Part shown: one piece after another, positions 49,424-61,000 of the stretch | How the letters are laid out: each line of letters begins with the position of its first letter | How positions within the stretch are numbered: the stretch's first letter is position 1 | IMG/VR virus record: IMGVR_UViG_3300047189_000056 | Span: 541 to 64,540 of that record | Source: a virus | Taxonomy: Duplodnaviria; Caudoviricetes | Length of the DNA: 64,000 nucleotides | Strand: one strand, 5' to 3' | Translations under genes and position numbers: made by a program | The notes under the pieces: generated by a model | What the model was told of the DNA's origin: nothing | What the model saw: the letters and a program-made list of their open reading frames with translations, nothing else | The model's database searches: none

Positions 49424-52400
49424 TTAGTGTTGAAATTGAAGGAAGGGGACAGGTAGCTGAGTTTCCTGATGAGACAGATCAGGCCGTAATTGATGCTACT
49501 ATCAAGAGAGATTTCTTCCCTGAACAGAATCTGGGTCCTCTCCAACGATTGGGGAGAGGGATCAAGGATGTGGCGACCGCTTTTGCTCCACTCTTTAAGC
49601 CATTGGATATGACGGTGCAGGGACCACCTCTGGCGAAAGTTGGTGAACCTGTTGCTTCTATAGAGGGAGAGGTTACCCAACCCGTTCAACCTGTTGTTCA
49701 ACCAGAACCTGTAACTCCTGTGATTTCCAGCCTGAAGGAACAACCCCAACCTTTCTACAAGCAAACTCTTCCTGAAATGTTAGGGATGGTGCCTGTAAAG
49801 CCTAAAAAGATTCTTGGGGAACTCAAACCGGAAGATAAGGTTAAGGCTTCCAATATCATCGCGATGTCCCAAGAGTTAGAACTTCCTCCCTCATTCGTTG
49901 ATCAGAATTATGATGCGATCACTCAGAAATTAGGCATGAGGGGAGTTCCTACAAGAAATGAAATGGTGCAGATGTTTGTCGCTGCAGCCATAGGCCAGGG
50001 TTTTATCACTGCTCCAATCGCTACCCTGATGGGTGTTGGCACCTACATGGGAGCGAAAGAAACTGAGAGCCTTGCAACCCAAGTTATTAAAGGTGAGAAG
50101 CCTAAACTTCTTCAGGGCAGAGAGTTAATGGAATTCCTTGGTCAGTTAGGGGAACCTCAGAAAAGTATCGCGGAGGCCTTGGAGTTTGCGGCCCCTGGAT
50201 TCCTTGGGGCTAAGATAATGTCTAAGGTCAAGGGTAAACTGAGTGAGAAATTAGCTAAAAAACTCATTGATGAGGCTTGGGATGACTATGTTCAGAAGCA
50301 ATCAAAGAATTTGCTTGAGTATAAGGCGAGGATTGAAAGGGCGCCGGTTGAAGAAGTCCCGCCCATAGAGCCAGCAAAGCCAATTGAACCTGTTGTAAGG
50401 CCACCTGAGCCTATTAAGGCTGAGAAATTAGTGAAGCCTGAGGAAATCTCGAAGCCAGAGGTTATTAAGGCTCTTGAGGAGATTACAGAACGTGAAAAAG
50501 CAGCATTCAAGGCCGAAGGCAGATTGATGCCGGAGGAGGTGCTGAGGGAGAAAGCCCGGGCTAATGAGTTTGGGGATCTGATACCAGAGTCGGCAAAGTT
50601 ACCTGAAGGGAAACCAACTGAGGAGGAAATTAGGCAAATAGTAGGACAGGTTTGGCCTCTACCTGAACAAGTTAAGCCTAAAGGACTTGAAGTAAGGAAG
50701 GAAGAAATTAAAAAAGGGAAATATATAGAAGCGAAGGTTGAGGTATTAAAGCCTACCGATCCCGAACTTACGGGAACAATCCAAGAATTGAGTAACATCA
50801 TTAAAAGTGGTCAACCAGGTGGGAAAACATTTACTTCTACCCGTACAGAAAATCTTATAGTGGGGGGATATGGTTCTTCTCAAGCCGTAGAAAAAGTGGT
50901 AGGCATGGAAGGTGTATCGAGGGAGGAAGCCCTTAGAGCAATTGATAAAGGCCTTCGCGGTGAGAAGTTAGGTTTGGGACAGCAAAGAATATGGGATTCC
51001 ATAAGTAAAAATGCCAAGCAAATAATAGAGGATAGAAAGGCACAGGAAGAGTTGGATGTGGCCCGGGCCGAGATTGCGAAGGCAGATCTCGCAAAGGAAG
51101 AAACAAGAAATGCCTTGACAAAACACATTGACGATGAAATAATGGGTCTCAAGGAGCAATTATATGAAGAAGGTTATTCGGACACAGAGGTCAGTGGAGC
51201 TATTGAAGAGGTTACAAAAGGTATCACGGTTGAAGTCCCTCCTGCAGACATTGAAGGAATCGAAAGAGAAATCCGCTCCCTTATCACCCCAAAAGTAGAA
51301 ACTGAGGAATATCCATATCCTCAAAGGATTTGGACAGAACCTACCCTTTCCCCCACCGCTAAAGATCAATTTGCTCTCCCTGGGAAATCTGCTATAATAG
51401 AACCAGTGATAGGCAAGAAGGGGAAGGGTACTCCCACCGTAGAAACCCCAAAGCCCGAAGGTGGGGAAATATTGAAAATGTCCCATGATGAATTCAAGAA
51501 GTATCTTTATGACCAAGCAGTCGAAACTCGTATGGAACCAACCGCTCCAGGACAACGTCCCCAAGCATTTCATTATTTGCGAGCAAAGATTGGTGATGAG
51601 GGAACTTTTTTTAGAAAAGGCCAATTACCAAAAGGAGGGCAAAGTTATAATTATGCCGAAGGAAGATATGAAAGTGGAGTTTCAGTTTATCCAAGTCCAG
51701 AGGCAACTTCCCTTGCTGGACTTTCTGAAGGAAATTGGTTCTATGGGCATGGTAAAATTGTTGATATCGGATCTGATTTTGAACCAATCATAAAACCCAT
51801 CGGAGAATGGAAAAAGATTGGTAAAAATGAATACGAAGCAGTTGAAAATTATCGTAAGATACTAAAAAAAGAATCCCTCCCTAACCTCACCCCCCCGGCG
51901 GGAGCGGCCGGGGCTGTTTCAACAGAACCCTCCACTCTTCCACAATTATCGCCTACAGAGAAAAATCAATACAATCTTCCCGGAATAAAACAAGGTCTTG
52001 AAATGAAGGGAGCCAAAGAGGGAGTTACGCCTACCCTTGAAGGCACTCCTCTGGGTGAAGCAGCAAAAGAAGCGGCAAGGAAGACGGAGATCGAGAAGGA
52101 ACCTACTCTTTTTACTTCCGAAGCAGGAGCAATTGCCCTCGACCTACTTGCTCCAGGTGCCCAAAAAGTAATCGCTGCCACAAAGGAAGTCATTGAAGCC
52201 TATAAACGTCCTCCCGAGATAACAGAATCTAAAAAGATTATCGGGAAATATACCGGTGCGCTCCAGGAGATTGATTTAGAACTCAGTAAACTGGGTAAGG
52301 AAATTAATGAGAAACTTCCCAAGGACCGTCAGGAAGCAATTACAAACTATATGCAGGCTGGAGGAGAAGAATCTCTACTTACGGAACGGTTACAAAAGAG

Positions 52401-54555
52401 CAATCTAAAACACAAGAAAGGTTATAGGGATGCCTTAGGTCTTACTCCAGAAGAAAAACAATGGGCTGATACCATCCGTAAACGGTTGGATGATGTCTGG
52501 CAACTTGCTTATGATGCAGATGTCATTGAAAGTTATGTAGAGAATTATGTTCGAGGGGAATGGGTTCGTCCAGAACAAGCCGGTAAGAAATTGATGGCTC
52601 AGGCTTATTCAGGACTAATGCGTACCAAACCACGTGAGGCTCTTCGTAAGGTCTTCCACGATTATTATGAAGGAGAACAGGCAGGTTTTGAACCAAAGGA
52701 TAAGCGAATAGGTTATCAACTTGTCACAGCAGAACGATCTCTAAGGCAGGCAGTTGAAGCGAAAAAAGCACTCAAGGCATTGATGGAAAGTACGGAAGAA
52801 GATGGTCGCCCAACGGTCGCCGTGGGTGGATCTGGTAGTTATATTCCTAAAGAAAAACTGGATACCAAAGAAGCATACTTTATTAAACCCAACACTAAAG
52901 GGAAGGATACAAGAGATTATAGATCCATTGATCATCCATCATTGAGGAAATGGAAATGGGTTGATTCAGATCCCGATGGTAAACCCATTATGCTTGAAGG
53001 AAATATGTGGATTCATCCCGATGCTTATAAACAAATGAATGCGCTTCTTGGAAAATCAAAGATTAGCACTTATACTCTACCCGAAAAGGTTCCTATTCTT
53101 GGGGGAAAACAACTTGGACGTATGGCATTAGAAGCGGGAGGATTTATTAAGGGAACTATTCTTATTGGCCCATTTCATCAATTTCATGTTGCCGAGCATG
53201 CTGTATTTCATAGAGTGAGTCCATTTGGTCTTCCCCCGATTGATTTTGAGAAACGTCCTCTCTTAAAAGAACTTGTTGAGCATGGACTTCAACTTGTTAG
53301 CCATAATGCTTTAGCAGAATTTGGAGAAGGCCTTGCGTCTGGAGGATTACTTCATCGGATACCCATTCTTGGAGATTATCTAAAAAAATATCAGGAATGG
53401 CTCTTCCAAGATTATATCCCAAGATTAAAAGCAACAATGGCAGAGCATGCAGTAGACCGAGCGAAGGATTATTATAAAGAAGATCTTGCCTCTGGGAAAT
53501 TCACATGGGATCAACTTCTTGAGAATGTTGGAAAACAGGCGAACGCAGCATTTGGAGAACAGAATTATAAATATCTCGGAAGAGATCCAACCCTTCAGGA
53601 TGCACTACGGATAGTTCTCCTTGCCCCAGACTTTCTTGAGGCAAGACTTAAATTTGCAGGTCAAGCTGCTCGGCCTTATGGTAGAGAACAATTAACTGCA
53701 CTTATTTTGGGTGCAATGATTATGGGGGTTACTGCCCAAGTCCTTAATATCATGTTTTCAGATGATCATAAACCTCATTGGACCCGACCATTCACGATTA
53801 GGATTGGGAAAAGAGAATATACTCCCCGTTCGGTTGTTGGGGATATAATGCATTTGATTACTGATCCAAGGAGCTTTTGGTATCATAGATTAAATCCTCT
53901 TTGGGGAAGACCTCTTCTTGAGGTAAGCACAGGTAGGGATTTACAGGGTCGTAAGGTGGGAGTGATAGATAGTGTCAAGGATATTTTAAAGTCATGGGTT
54001 CCTATTCCAATGCAGGGTATTTTTAAAGATAACATGGGAGAATCAATTTATGACTCAACCATTAATGCTTTATTACAGTCTGTTGGAATGTCAAACTATC
54101 CTTATAAGAGTGATTTTGAAAGATATGCCATTGAGATCTTGGGTGAGAAATGGAAGGGTATTTCAAAAGAGCAAAAAGAGAAATCTAAATTTAAACGAGG
54201 TTTAGCAGAAAATATTAGGGAAAAGAAACCAGAAGCAGTAAAGGATGTGTTGAATGCTGTAAAAGAGAAAACAATTACTCTACAACAAGCGATGGAAATT
54301 CGCCGTAGGGCAAGGGAAGATCCTGCTTTGTCATTAGGTAAAATGTTAACCGTCCCCGAACTCTTAGGGGGATGGAATAAAGCAAATGATGCAGAAAAGA
54401 AAATACTAAAGCCACTCATTGTTAAGAAATATTTTACTTGGAGAGCTCCATTGAAAGAGAAGATGGAGGTTCAAGCGAAGGTAAAAGAAGTGAGGCGATG
54501 GAAAGGATTACAAGGATTAGGTTCGCAGGAATTTAAAAAAGCTATCTCAGAATAA
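49420..54555 (+). CDS. Large ejection/internal virion (polyvalent-type) protein, 1711 aa
   Basis: VEI.G.GQ.AEFPD N-terminus; size and position; helical C-terminal region. Confidence 0.7.
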   Translation: MISVEIEGRGQVAEFPDETDQAVIDATIKRDFFPEQNLGPLQRLGRGIKDVATAFAPLFKPLDMTVQGPPLAKVGEPVASIEGEVTQPVQPVVQPEPVTPVISSLKEQPQPFYKQTLPEMLGMVPVKPKKILGELKPEDKVKASNIIAMSQELELPPSFVDQNYDAITQKLGMRGVPTRNEMVQMFVAAAIGQGFITAPIATLMGVGTYMGAKETESLATQVIKGEKPKLLQGRELMEFLGQLGEPQKSIAEALEFAAPGFLGAKIMSKVKGKLSEKLAKKLIDEAWDDYVQKQSKNLLEYKARIERAPVEEVPPIEPAKPIEPVVRPPEPIKAEKLVKPEEISKPEVIKALEEITEREKAAFKAEGRLMPEEVLREKARANEFGDLIPESAKLPEGKPTEEEIRQIVGQVWPLPEQVKPKGLEVRKEEIKKGKYIEAKVEVLKPTDPELTGTIQELSNIIKSGQPGGKTFTSTRTENLIVGGYGSSQAVEKVVGMEGVSREEALRAIDKGLRGEKLGLGQQRIWDSISKNAKQIIEDRKAQEELDVARAEIAKADLAKEETRNALTKHIDDEIMGLKEQLYEEGYSDTEVSGAIEEVTKGITVEVPPADIEGIEREIRSLITPKVETEEYPYPQRIWTEPTLSPTAKDQFALPGKSAIIEPVIGKKGKGTPTVETPKPEGGEILKMSHDEFKKYLYDQAVETRMEPTAPGQRPQAFHYLRAKIGDEGTFFRKGQLPKGGQSYNYAEGRYESGVSVYPSPEATSLAGLSEGNWFYGHGKIVDIGSDFEPIIKPIGEWKKIGKNEYEAVENYRKILKKESLPNLTPPAGAAGAVSTEPSTLPQLSPTEKNQYNLPGIKQGLEMKGAKEGVTPTLEGTPLGEAAKEAARKTEIEKEPTLFTSEAGAIALDLLAPGAQKVIAATKEVIEAYKRPPEITESKKIIGKYTGALQEIDLELSKLGKEINEKLPKDRQEAITNYMQAGGEESLLTERLQKSNLKHKKGYRDALGLTPEEKQWADTIRKRLDDVWQLAYDADVIESYVENYVRGEWVRPEQAGKKLMAQAYSGLMRTKPREALRKVFHDYYEGEQAGFEPKDKRIGYQLVTAERSLRQAVEAKKALKALMESTEEDGRPTVAVGGSGSYIPKEKLDTKEAYFIKPNTKGKDTRDYRSIDHPSLRKWKWVDSDPDGKPIMLEGNMWIHPDAYKQMNALLGKSKISTYTLPEKVPILGGKQLGRMALEAGGFIKGTILIGPFHQFHVAEHAVFHRVSPFGLPPIDFEKRPLLKELVEHGLQLVSHNALAEFGEGLASGGLLHRIPILGDYLKKYQEWLFQDYIPRLKATMAEHAVDRAKDYYKEDLASGKFTWDQLLENVGKQANAAFGEQNYKYLGRDPTLQDALRIVLLAPDFLEARLKFAGQAARPYGREQLTALILGAMIMGVTAQVLNIMFSDDHKPHWTRPFTIRIGKREYTPRSVVGDIMHLITDPRSFWYHRLNPLWGRPLLEVSTGRDLQGRKVGVIDSVKDILKSWVPIPMQGIFKDNMGESIYDSTINALLQSVGMSNYPYKSDFERYAIEILGEKWKGISKEQKEKSKFKRGLAENIREKKPEAVKDVLNAVKEKTITLQQAMEIRRRAREDPALSLGKMLTVPELLGGWNKANDAEKKILKPLIVKKYFTWRAPLKEKMEVQAKVKEVRRWKGLQGLGSQEFKKAISE

Positions 54556-54566
54556 GGAGGAGAAAT

Positions 54567-54953
54567 ATGAGATTATTGAGACTTCTAATCGTCATTGCAT
54601 TTTTACTAATGGCTCTGTCAAGTTATGCTACCGATGTTCTCAGGCCCACGGGCTATGAAGCAGTCACCGTAGATACCACTGTAGGGGGAGTCAGACTAAC
54701 TGAGGCTAAATACTATAACACCACTACAAACAAGATAGTCTCCGATTATGCAATTGTAGTGCTGGAGACAGCTCAGATTAGGTTTACGACCGATGGATCA
54801 ACAGCACCCACCATTACTGTGGGGGCACCCATGGAGGTAGGTCAGGTCTGGGCATTTGAGAGCTTTGATGAGCTCAAGAAATTTAGAGCTATACAGACAG
54901 GAGGCAATAGCGGAAGTATTAAGGTTCTCTATTATAAGCGATATGTTCAATAA
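54567..54953 (+). CDS. Signal-peptide small beta protein (virion-like fold)
   Basis: MRLLRLLIVIAFLLMALSSYA; ETAQIRF..DG..PT...G, FRAI. Confidence 0.7.
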   Translation: MRLLRLLIVIAFLLMALSSYATDVLRPTGYEAVTVDTTVGGVRLTEAKYYNTTTNKIVSDYAIVVLETAQIRFTTDGSTAPTITVGAPMEVGQVWAFESFDELKKFRAIQTGGNSGSIKVLYYKRYVQ

Positions 54954-54971
54954 AAATCTTTAAGAAATTAG

Positions 54972-55053
54972 GGAAATAAACCGGTCTGCAGCCGGATTTC
55001 CAAAGTTTAAATAAAACCTACCGTGCATATGGCATGCGTAGGCTTTTTGTTTT
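54972..55053 (+). ncRNA. Two-hairpin structured cis element, copy 2
   Basis: CCGG-TCTGCAG-CCGG, AGTTTA linker, stem with CCGTGCA, U-tract. Confidence 0.55.
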
Positions 55054-55078
55054 TAGAGGATCAAAACGGAGGAGTAAA

Positions 55079-58000
55079 ATGAAAAAGCTGTTTGTTTTAC
55101 TATTTACTTTAGTCCTGATAAATTGCCCGATATATGCTGAAGCTGCAAAGCTTCTTATTTCATCCTCGGGCAATGCGACAATGATTCAAGGTAGGAATGT
55201 TGAATCAGCGGCTCCTACGGATGCGGATTGCCTTATGTGGAATGATGCAGCAAGCGAATGGCAGGCTGCGGCTTGTCCAGGAGCTGGAACAGGAGCCCCG
55301 ACTGATGCCGAATATGTAACTTTTGCAGCGGTTGGTGCCTTAAGTGCAGAACGGGTGCTGACGGAAGCCACGGGTATTGACCTCTCGACGGCTATTGCTG
55401 GTCAAATCAGGGTTTCGGTTAATACGACTGAAATAGGGACAACGACATGGGGTTCTGGTGGGGCATCATACCTTTGGACTTACAATGTTTCAGGTACTAC
55501 CGATCCTGTTTTAACCGTGAGTGATGGTGTTCTTAATCTATCGGCAGGAACACTCCAACAGGCAGGGGTAAAGGTTGCATTGGGAATAGCGACCTCGACC
55601 GACAATCGCCTTGTGAGATGGGATTCTACGGGTGGCCAACAGCTTCAGACTTCGGCAATCACGGTTGACGATACGGGGAATACCTCCGGGATGGGAACCC
55701 TCGGGGTTGGAGCAATCACAGGCGGGACATACAACAAGATCACCATCACGACTCCTGCAACCGGGGCGACCCTGACATTGGCAGAAGGAAGCAACCTTAT
55801 TACGGCTGGAGCTTTTGCAACCACGTTCACTACGACGGATACCACTGGAGTCACCTTGCCTACTTCTGGAACCCTTTACGGAACGGCAACGGGGTCAATT
55901 ACCTCGGCTCAGTTGGCAACATCTCTCTCTAACGAGACAGGGACAGGGGTTGCGGTATTTGGAACATCTCCGACTTTTACTACCACCATCCTTCCTTCTG
56001 CGGCTGGAGCAACGGCAATAGGCACGGAACTTCTTCCATTCTCAAGTATCTTTATCGGGGACGAGGCAAGCAAAAGTGTAAAACTTGTCAACACGGCTGC
56101 TGCTGCAGATGTAGTTCTGACTTTGCCTTCAACTACAGGGACACTAGCACTGATCGATTCTCAGGTATTTACCACTTACATAGAATCTCCCTATATCATT
56201 CTCGGGTCTGCTGCAACGGCGGCTGATGCAGGGGCTATACGGTTGCCCAACGCTACGGGAAATATAGCATGGGAGAAAGCCACGGCAGGGACAGACACGA
56301 CCCTTGGGCTTAATGCCACAGACGATATGGTTCTTGCCCTTGTTGCCGCAGACGACTTGTTCCAGATTACCACTGGAAACCTGAAAATAGGGGCGGGGAC
56401 ACAGACGCAGACCCTTGACGGTGCAGATGCCTACATTACTGGGTTCTTGGAGGTGGATGGCATAATTTATGCCGATGGTGGGGTAACGACTACTACCCTG
56501 ACGGCAGGGTCAGCGAACTCCCTCACTCTTGGTACTGACTCGGCAGGTGGAGTACCCGCCATTGGTTCTGTCATTTTCCACAATGCTACCAACACGAACC
56601 ATTTTACAATTACTTCCGGGACGAGTGGCGCTGCAATCGGATGGACCCTTCCAACGGCGGCTCCGGCAGGAAACGATTATTTGGTCAAATCCTCAACTGC
56701 TGGGGTTCTTGGTTATACTGATCCTGCGACTTTCCAAGGTGTTCTAACTAACTCAGCAGGTCTTCTTGGAGCCCTGAGTGATGAAGTTGGAACTGGATAT
56801 GCAGTTTTCAATACAGCTCCAACCTTTGTAACATCGATTACACCAACAGCAGCAGGAGCTACAACCATAGGAACAACTGCTCTTGAGTGGGGAAATGTCT
56901 ATCTGACGGATAGTGCAGTGATCTATGGTCAAGCCGACCAAAGTGCCACTCTCACAAGTTCAGCCTCTCTCTGGACAGCAAATAACTTTGGGGTAACTAC
57001 TCAGTTTAAACTTCCTTCTTCTGATGCAGATCCTACGGCAACAGCAGGATATTTAAGGCATGATTCAACCATTACTAACTTCACAGGTGGTGGTCTGGTC
57101 TACTACAACGGTGCCGCAATTAAACAATTAGTTGATATGACCACAGCCACGGCACAGGCGTGTACGGAGGCCCAAGTAATTGTCTATGATGCCACCGCTG
57201 ATCTATGGAAGTGTGCGGATGCCCCTGCCGCAGATGCCGACATTGTGGCAATTGCCGCCCTCACTGTGGCACAGGGCCATTTTATTGTGGGTAATGCAGA
57301 TCCAGTCTGGTCTCTTTCGACTTATCACTTACCCATTGTAGCCTGCACGGAGAATCAGATATTAAAAGCAGATGCGAGCGGTAATTTCTTATGTGGGGCT
57401 GATGCGGACACTGGCGGAGCAACAGCATGGAATGCTATTGGGGATGCAGCTGCTCCAGGGTCTATCGACTTTGTTACTCACCAACAGACTATTACGGGAC
57501 AGTTAAATTCTGCCGGTGCCATGCTCACCATGACCAATACCGTTACTGATCTAGGTGCTGATGTTTCTCTTATAGACTTTGGCTTTAAGGATAGCGATGA
57601 TGCAAATGCGTTTGTTTTCAGAGTGTACGATACCGATGCTACTTCAACAATTCTCGCAAGCATGACTGGCCTTGGAGCATTAAGTGTAGCGTCAATCACG
57701 GCAACGGGAGCCGTTGTTCCCGGGACGGCTGATACCTATACTCTTGGTAGTGCTACAGCGGAATGGTCAGACCTCTTCCTTGGAGATGGTGCAGTAATCT
57801 ACGGTCAGATAAATCAGAGTGCCACCCTTACCTCCTCTGCTTCTTTATGGACTGCTAACAACTTTGCCATAACTGGCTATCTTGCACTTGGAGCTGATCC
57901 TGCCGATACTGGATCTATTAGGCTTCCTAATGCTGGTTATATTTATTCCGAAGCAGATGTGGCCGGAACTGATATTTCAGTTATAGGGGTGGATTCTGCA

Positions 58001-61000
58001 GAAATTATTCAAATTGGTGCCTCGGGTGCATCTGGAGTAACAATAACTCCAGCATTGACAGTCACAGGTCACGTTACCCTTGAAGCCATCACGAGTACTG
58101 GGGCAACTGGCACAGGGAAACTTGTATTTGATACCGCTCCGGTCTTCGTAACCAGTATTGAAGCACCATTTCTTATTCTTGGAACAACTGCTACGGCTGC
58201 GGATGCTGGTGCAATTAGATTACCAAATGCAGCCTATATCATGGCAGAAGCCGACACAGCGGGAACTGATATATCTATTATAGGAGTAGACTCTGCAGAG
58301 ATTATTCAAATAGGAGCTTCTGGGGCAAGTGGTGTGACTATTACACCTGCCCTAACAGTCACGGGACATCTTACTTTTGAAAGCATCACTAGCACAGGCG
58401 CAACCGGAACAGGGAAATTAGTTTTTGACACAGCGCCAGTTTTTACAACTAGCATTGAAGCTCCATTTTTAGTTCTTGGAACAGCCACTACAGCCGCAGA
58501 TACCGGAGCAATTAGGCTCCCGAATGCGTCATATATCTTCTCTGAGGCTGCACCTGACGGAACAGATATTTCGGTAATCGGTGTCGATTCCGGTGAGATT
58601 ATTCAGATAGGTGCAAGTGGTGCAAGTGCAGTTACCATTACTCCTGCTACTACTATCACTGGAGCATTAACTTTATCCAGTACAGTCAACAAGGTAACAA
58701 TTACTCCACCGGCCTCGGCGGCCACCCTTACTCTTGTGGATGGATCAAGTCTTATTACTGTGGGGGCTTATGCTGTTACATTGACAGCAACGGGAACAAC
58801 AGGGGTAACACTTCCGACTTCTGGAACGCTTTTAAATAATACATTGGCAGATGGATATATCTATGTTGGAAGTGTAACCACCAATGTAGCTACCGCAAGG
58901 TTAATGTCAGGGGATGTCACTATTAGTAACACAGGAGTTACGGCGATCGGAGCTGATAAAGTAAATGCTACCCATATCGATTGGGGTACTGGAACAAACC
59001 AGATTGATATTGATGATATTCCTGATAGTGCAACATATCAGAAGGTACTTGCCGATGATGTGGATACTGCCGGTCATGTCAATAGATTGTATGACTCAGA
59101 TGGTGTTGGGTATATCACGATAACTGGTTTATCGGTAGCAAGGGCTATTACCCTCGTTGATGCCGCACAGACCCTCGTGAACCTTGCTTCTAACCAGATA
59201 TTTACCGGGACTAATACTTTTCAGACCGTACAATACTTTGGGGATGCCTCGAATGCTGGAACTTTCAGGGTTTATGATGGGAGTTCCAACTACACAACCG
59301 TGGGATTCCCGGCGGCGGCAGGAAATATGACCTTCAATCTTCCAATTACCAATGGAACCAGTGGGAATTTCTTGCAAACAGATGGAAGCGGAAATACTTC
59401 ATGGACTATAACAGGGATTGCTACAGGTGCAGGAGATTGTACGGGTGGAGCTTGCCTTGATGGTACGAGCGATGGTGGGACATGGATTAAATTCTATGAT
59501 GCACAGGGAGCAACCCAACTGATCGGGGGAGATACGGCCGGTGTGGTGGTTCTTACCTTACCAACTACAACCTCAACTCTCATGGGTACAGGTTTCAGTA
59601 ACGGGGATGGTCTTATTTTCGGCGACACCTATCCTCCAGATGCTGCTGGGGAGATTGGATATTCTGGTGGAGTTCTTGCTTATTATGATGGAACAGGTTC
59701 AAGAACAGTTATGGCTGAGGCTCGTGCAAGTGGGGGGTTATTATTTGGAGACTCAACTCCTGATACGGAAGGCGAGATCGGATATGCTTCGGATGTACTC
59801 TCATATTGGGGAACCTCTGCTACGAGAAGTGTTGCAGCACTCGAAAGGGCACAAACTTTCACGGCTAACAATGTGTTCGGTGATGCCGATACTGACACTC
59901 TCACCCTTCGATCTATGCTAATTGGAGGGAATTCAAGGGAGGTCCAGATCAATGCTGGGACTCGGACGGCTCCAACTTATCCATCTGCAGCTCCAACACA
60001 GGATCTTTATGTGAAGGGAAATGTAGAGGTAGCGGGAACTATCTATGGAGCCGGTTTTACTGGGAGTGTGGGGACAGAAGGCCAGAGGGGAATCACCTTA
60101 ACAAGCAACAATGCTCTAACACCTACGGCAGATCAGATATATTTTGTGCTTGATGGACTTCACTTTTCAGAGGCAGGAGCAGAAAAACATCCAATGAAAT
60201 TGGAGGATGCACAGACAGCTACTGGACTCAAAATCTTTGAAGCCGGTATTTATCTTGGGGATACGGATACAACGACGGTATTCAAATTATCTGATGGAAG
60301 TACCAATTACGTGACAATAGCGGTTCCGGCTATAGCCGCCGATTATACTCTAACCCTTCCTACGACAGATGGAAATGCTAGCCAGTATCTTAAGACGGAC
60401 GGCAGTGGAACTCTATCATGGGATTCACCCACGGCTACAGCAGCAGGATCAGATACACAGGTTCAGTTTAATGATGGTGGTTCGGCTCTTGGTGGAGATA
60501 GCGGTTTTACCTTCAATAAGACCACCAATGCTTTGACCCTTGGTGCGAATGCCGCAGGTGGTACTCTCGTTCTTTACAACGAACTTGGGGTGACTGATTA
60601 CACGGTCACAATTGCACCCCACGCCTCTCAGGCCGCGAATGCCACGATTACCTTACCGGCGGCTACCGCTACTCTCATCGGGACGGGTGCGAATACCTTT
60701 ACCGGTGCTCAGACGCTAAAGGCAGGATCAATTGGAGTGGGTGGAGCCCCCCTCTACTTCACGAGTGGCACGAACTTAACATCTGCGGCAGTAGGTGCAA
60801 TGGAGTTCGACGGCACCTACCTTTATTTCTCTCCATCCACCACCCGCTATTCCATTCCCTTGGCACTTGCAGCGGCACCCCTCAACTTCACAACGGGGGG
60901 GACTACGGCCCGCCTCATTACCTTGCCTGATGCCGCCATTACTGTGGCTCGTATCGATGCTGGCCAGACATTCACGGGTATTCAGGCCATGACTTCTCCT

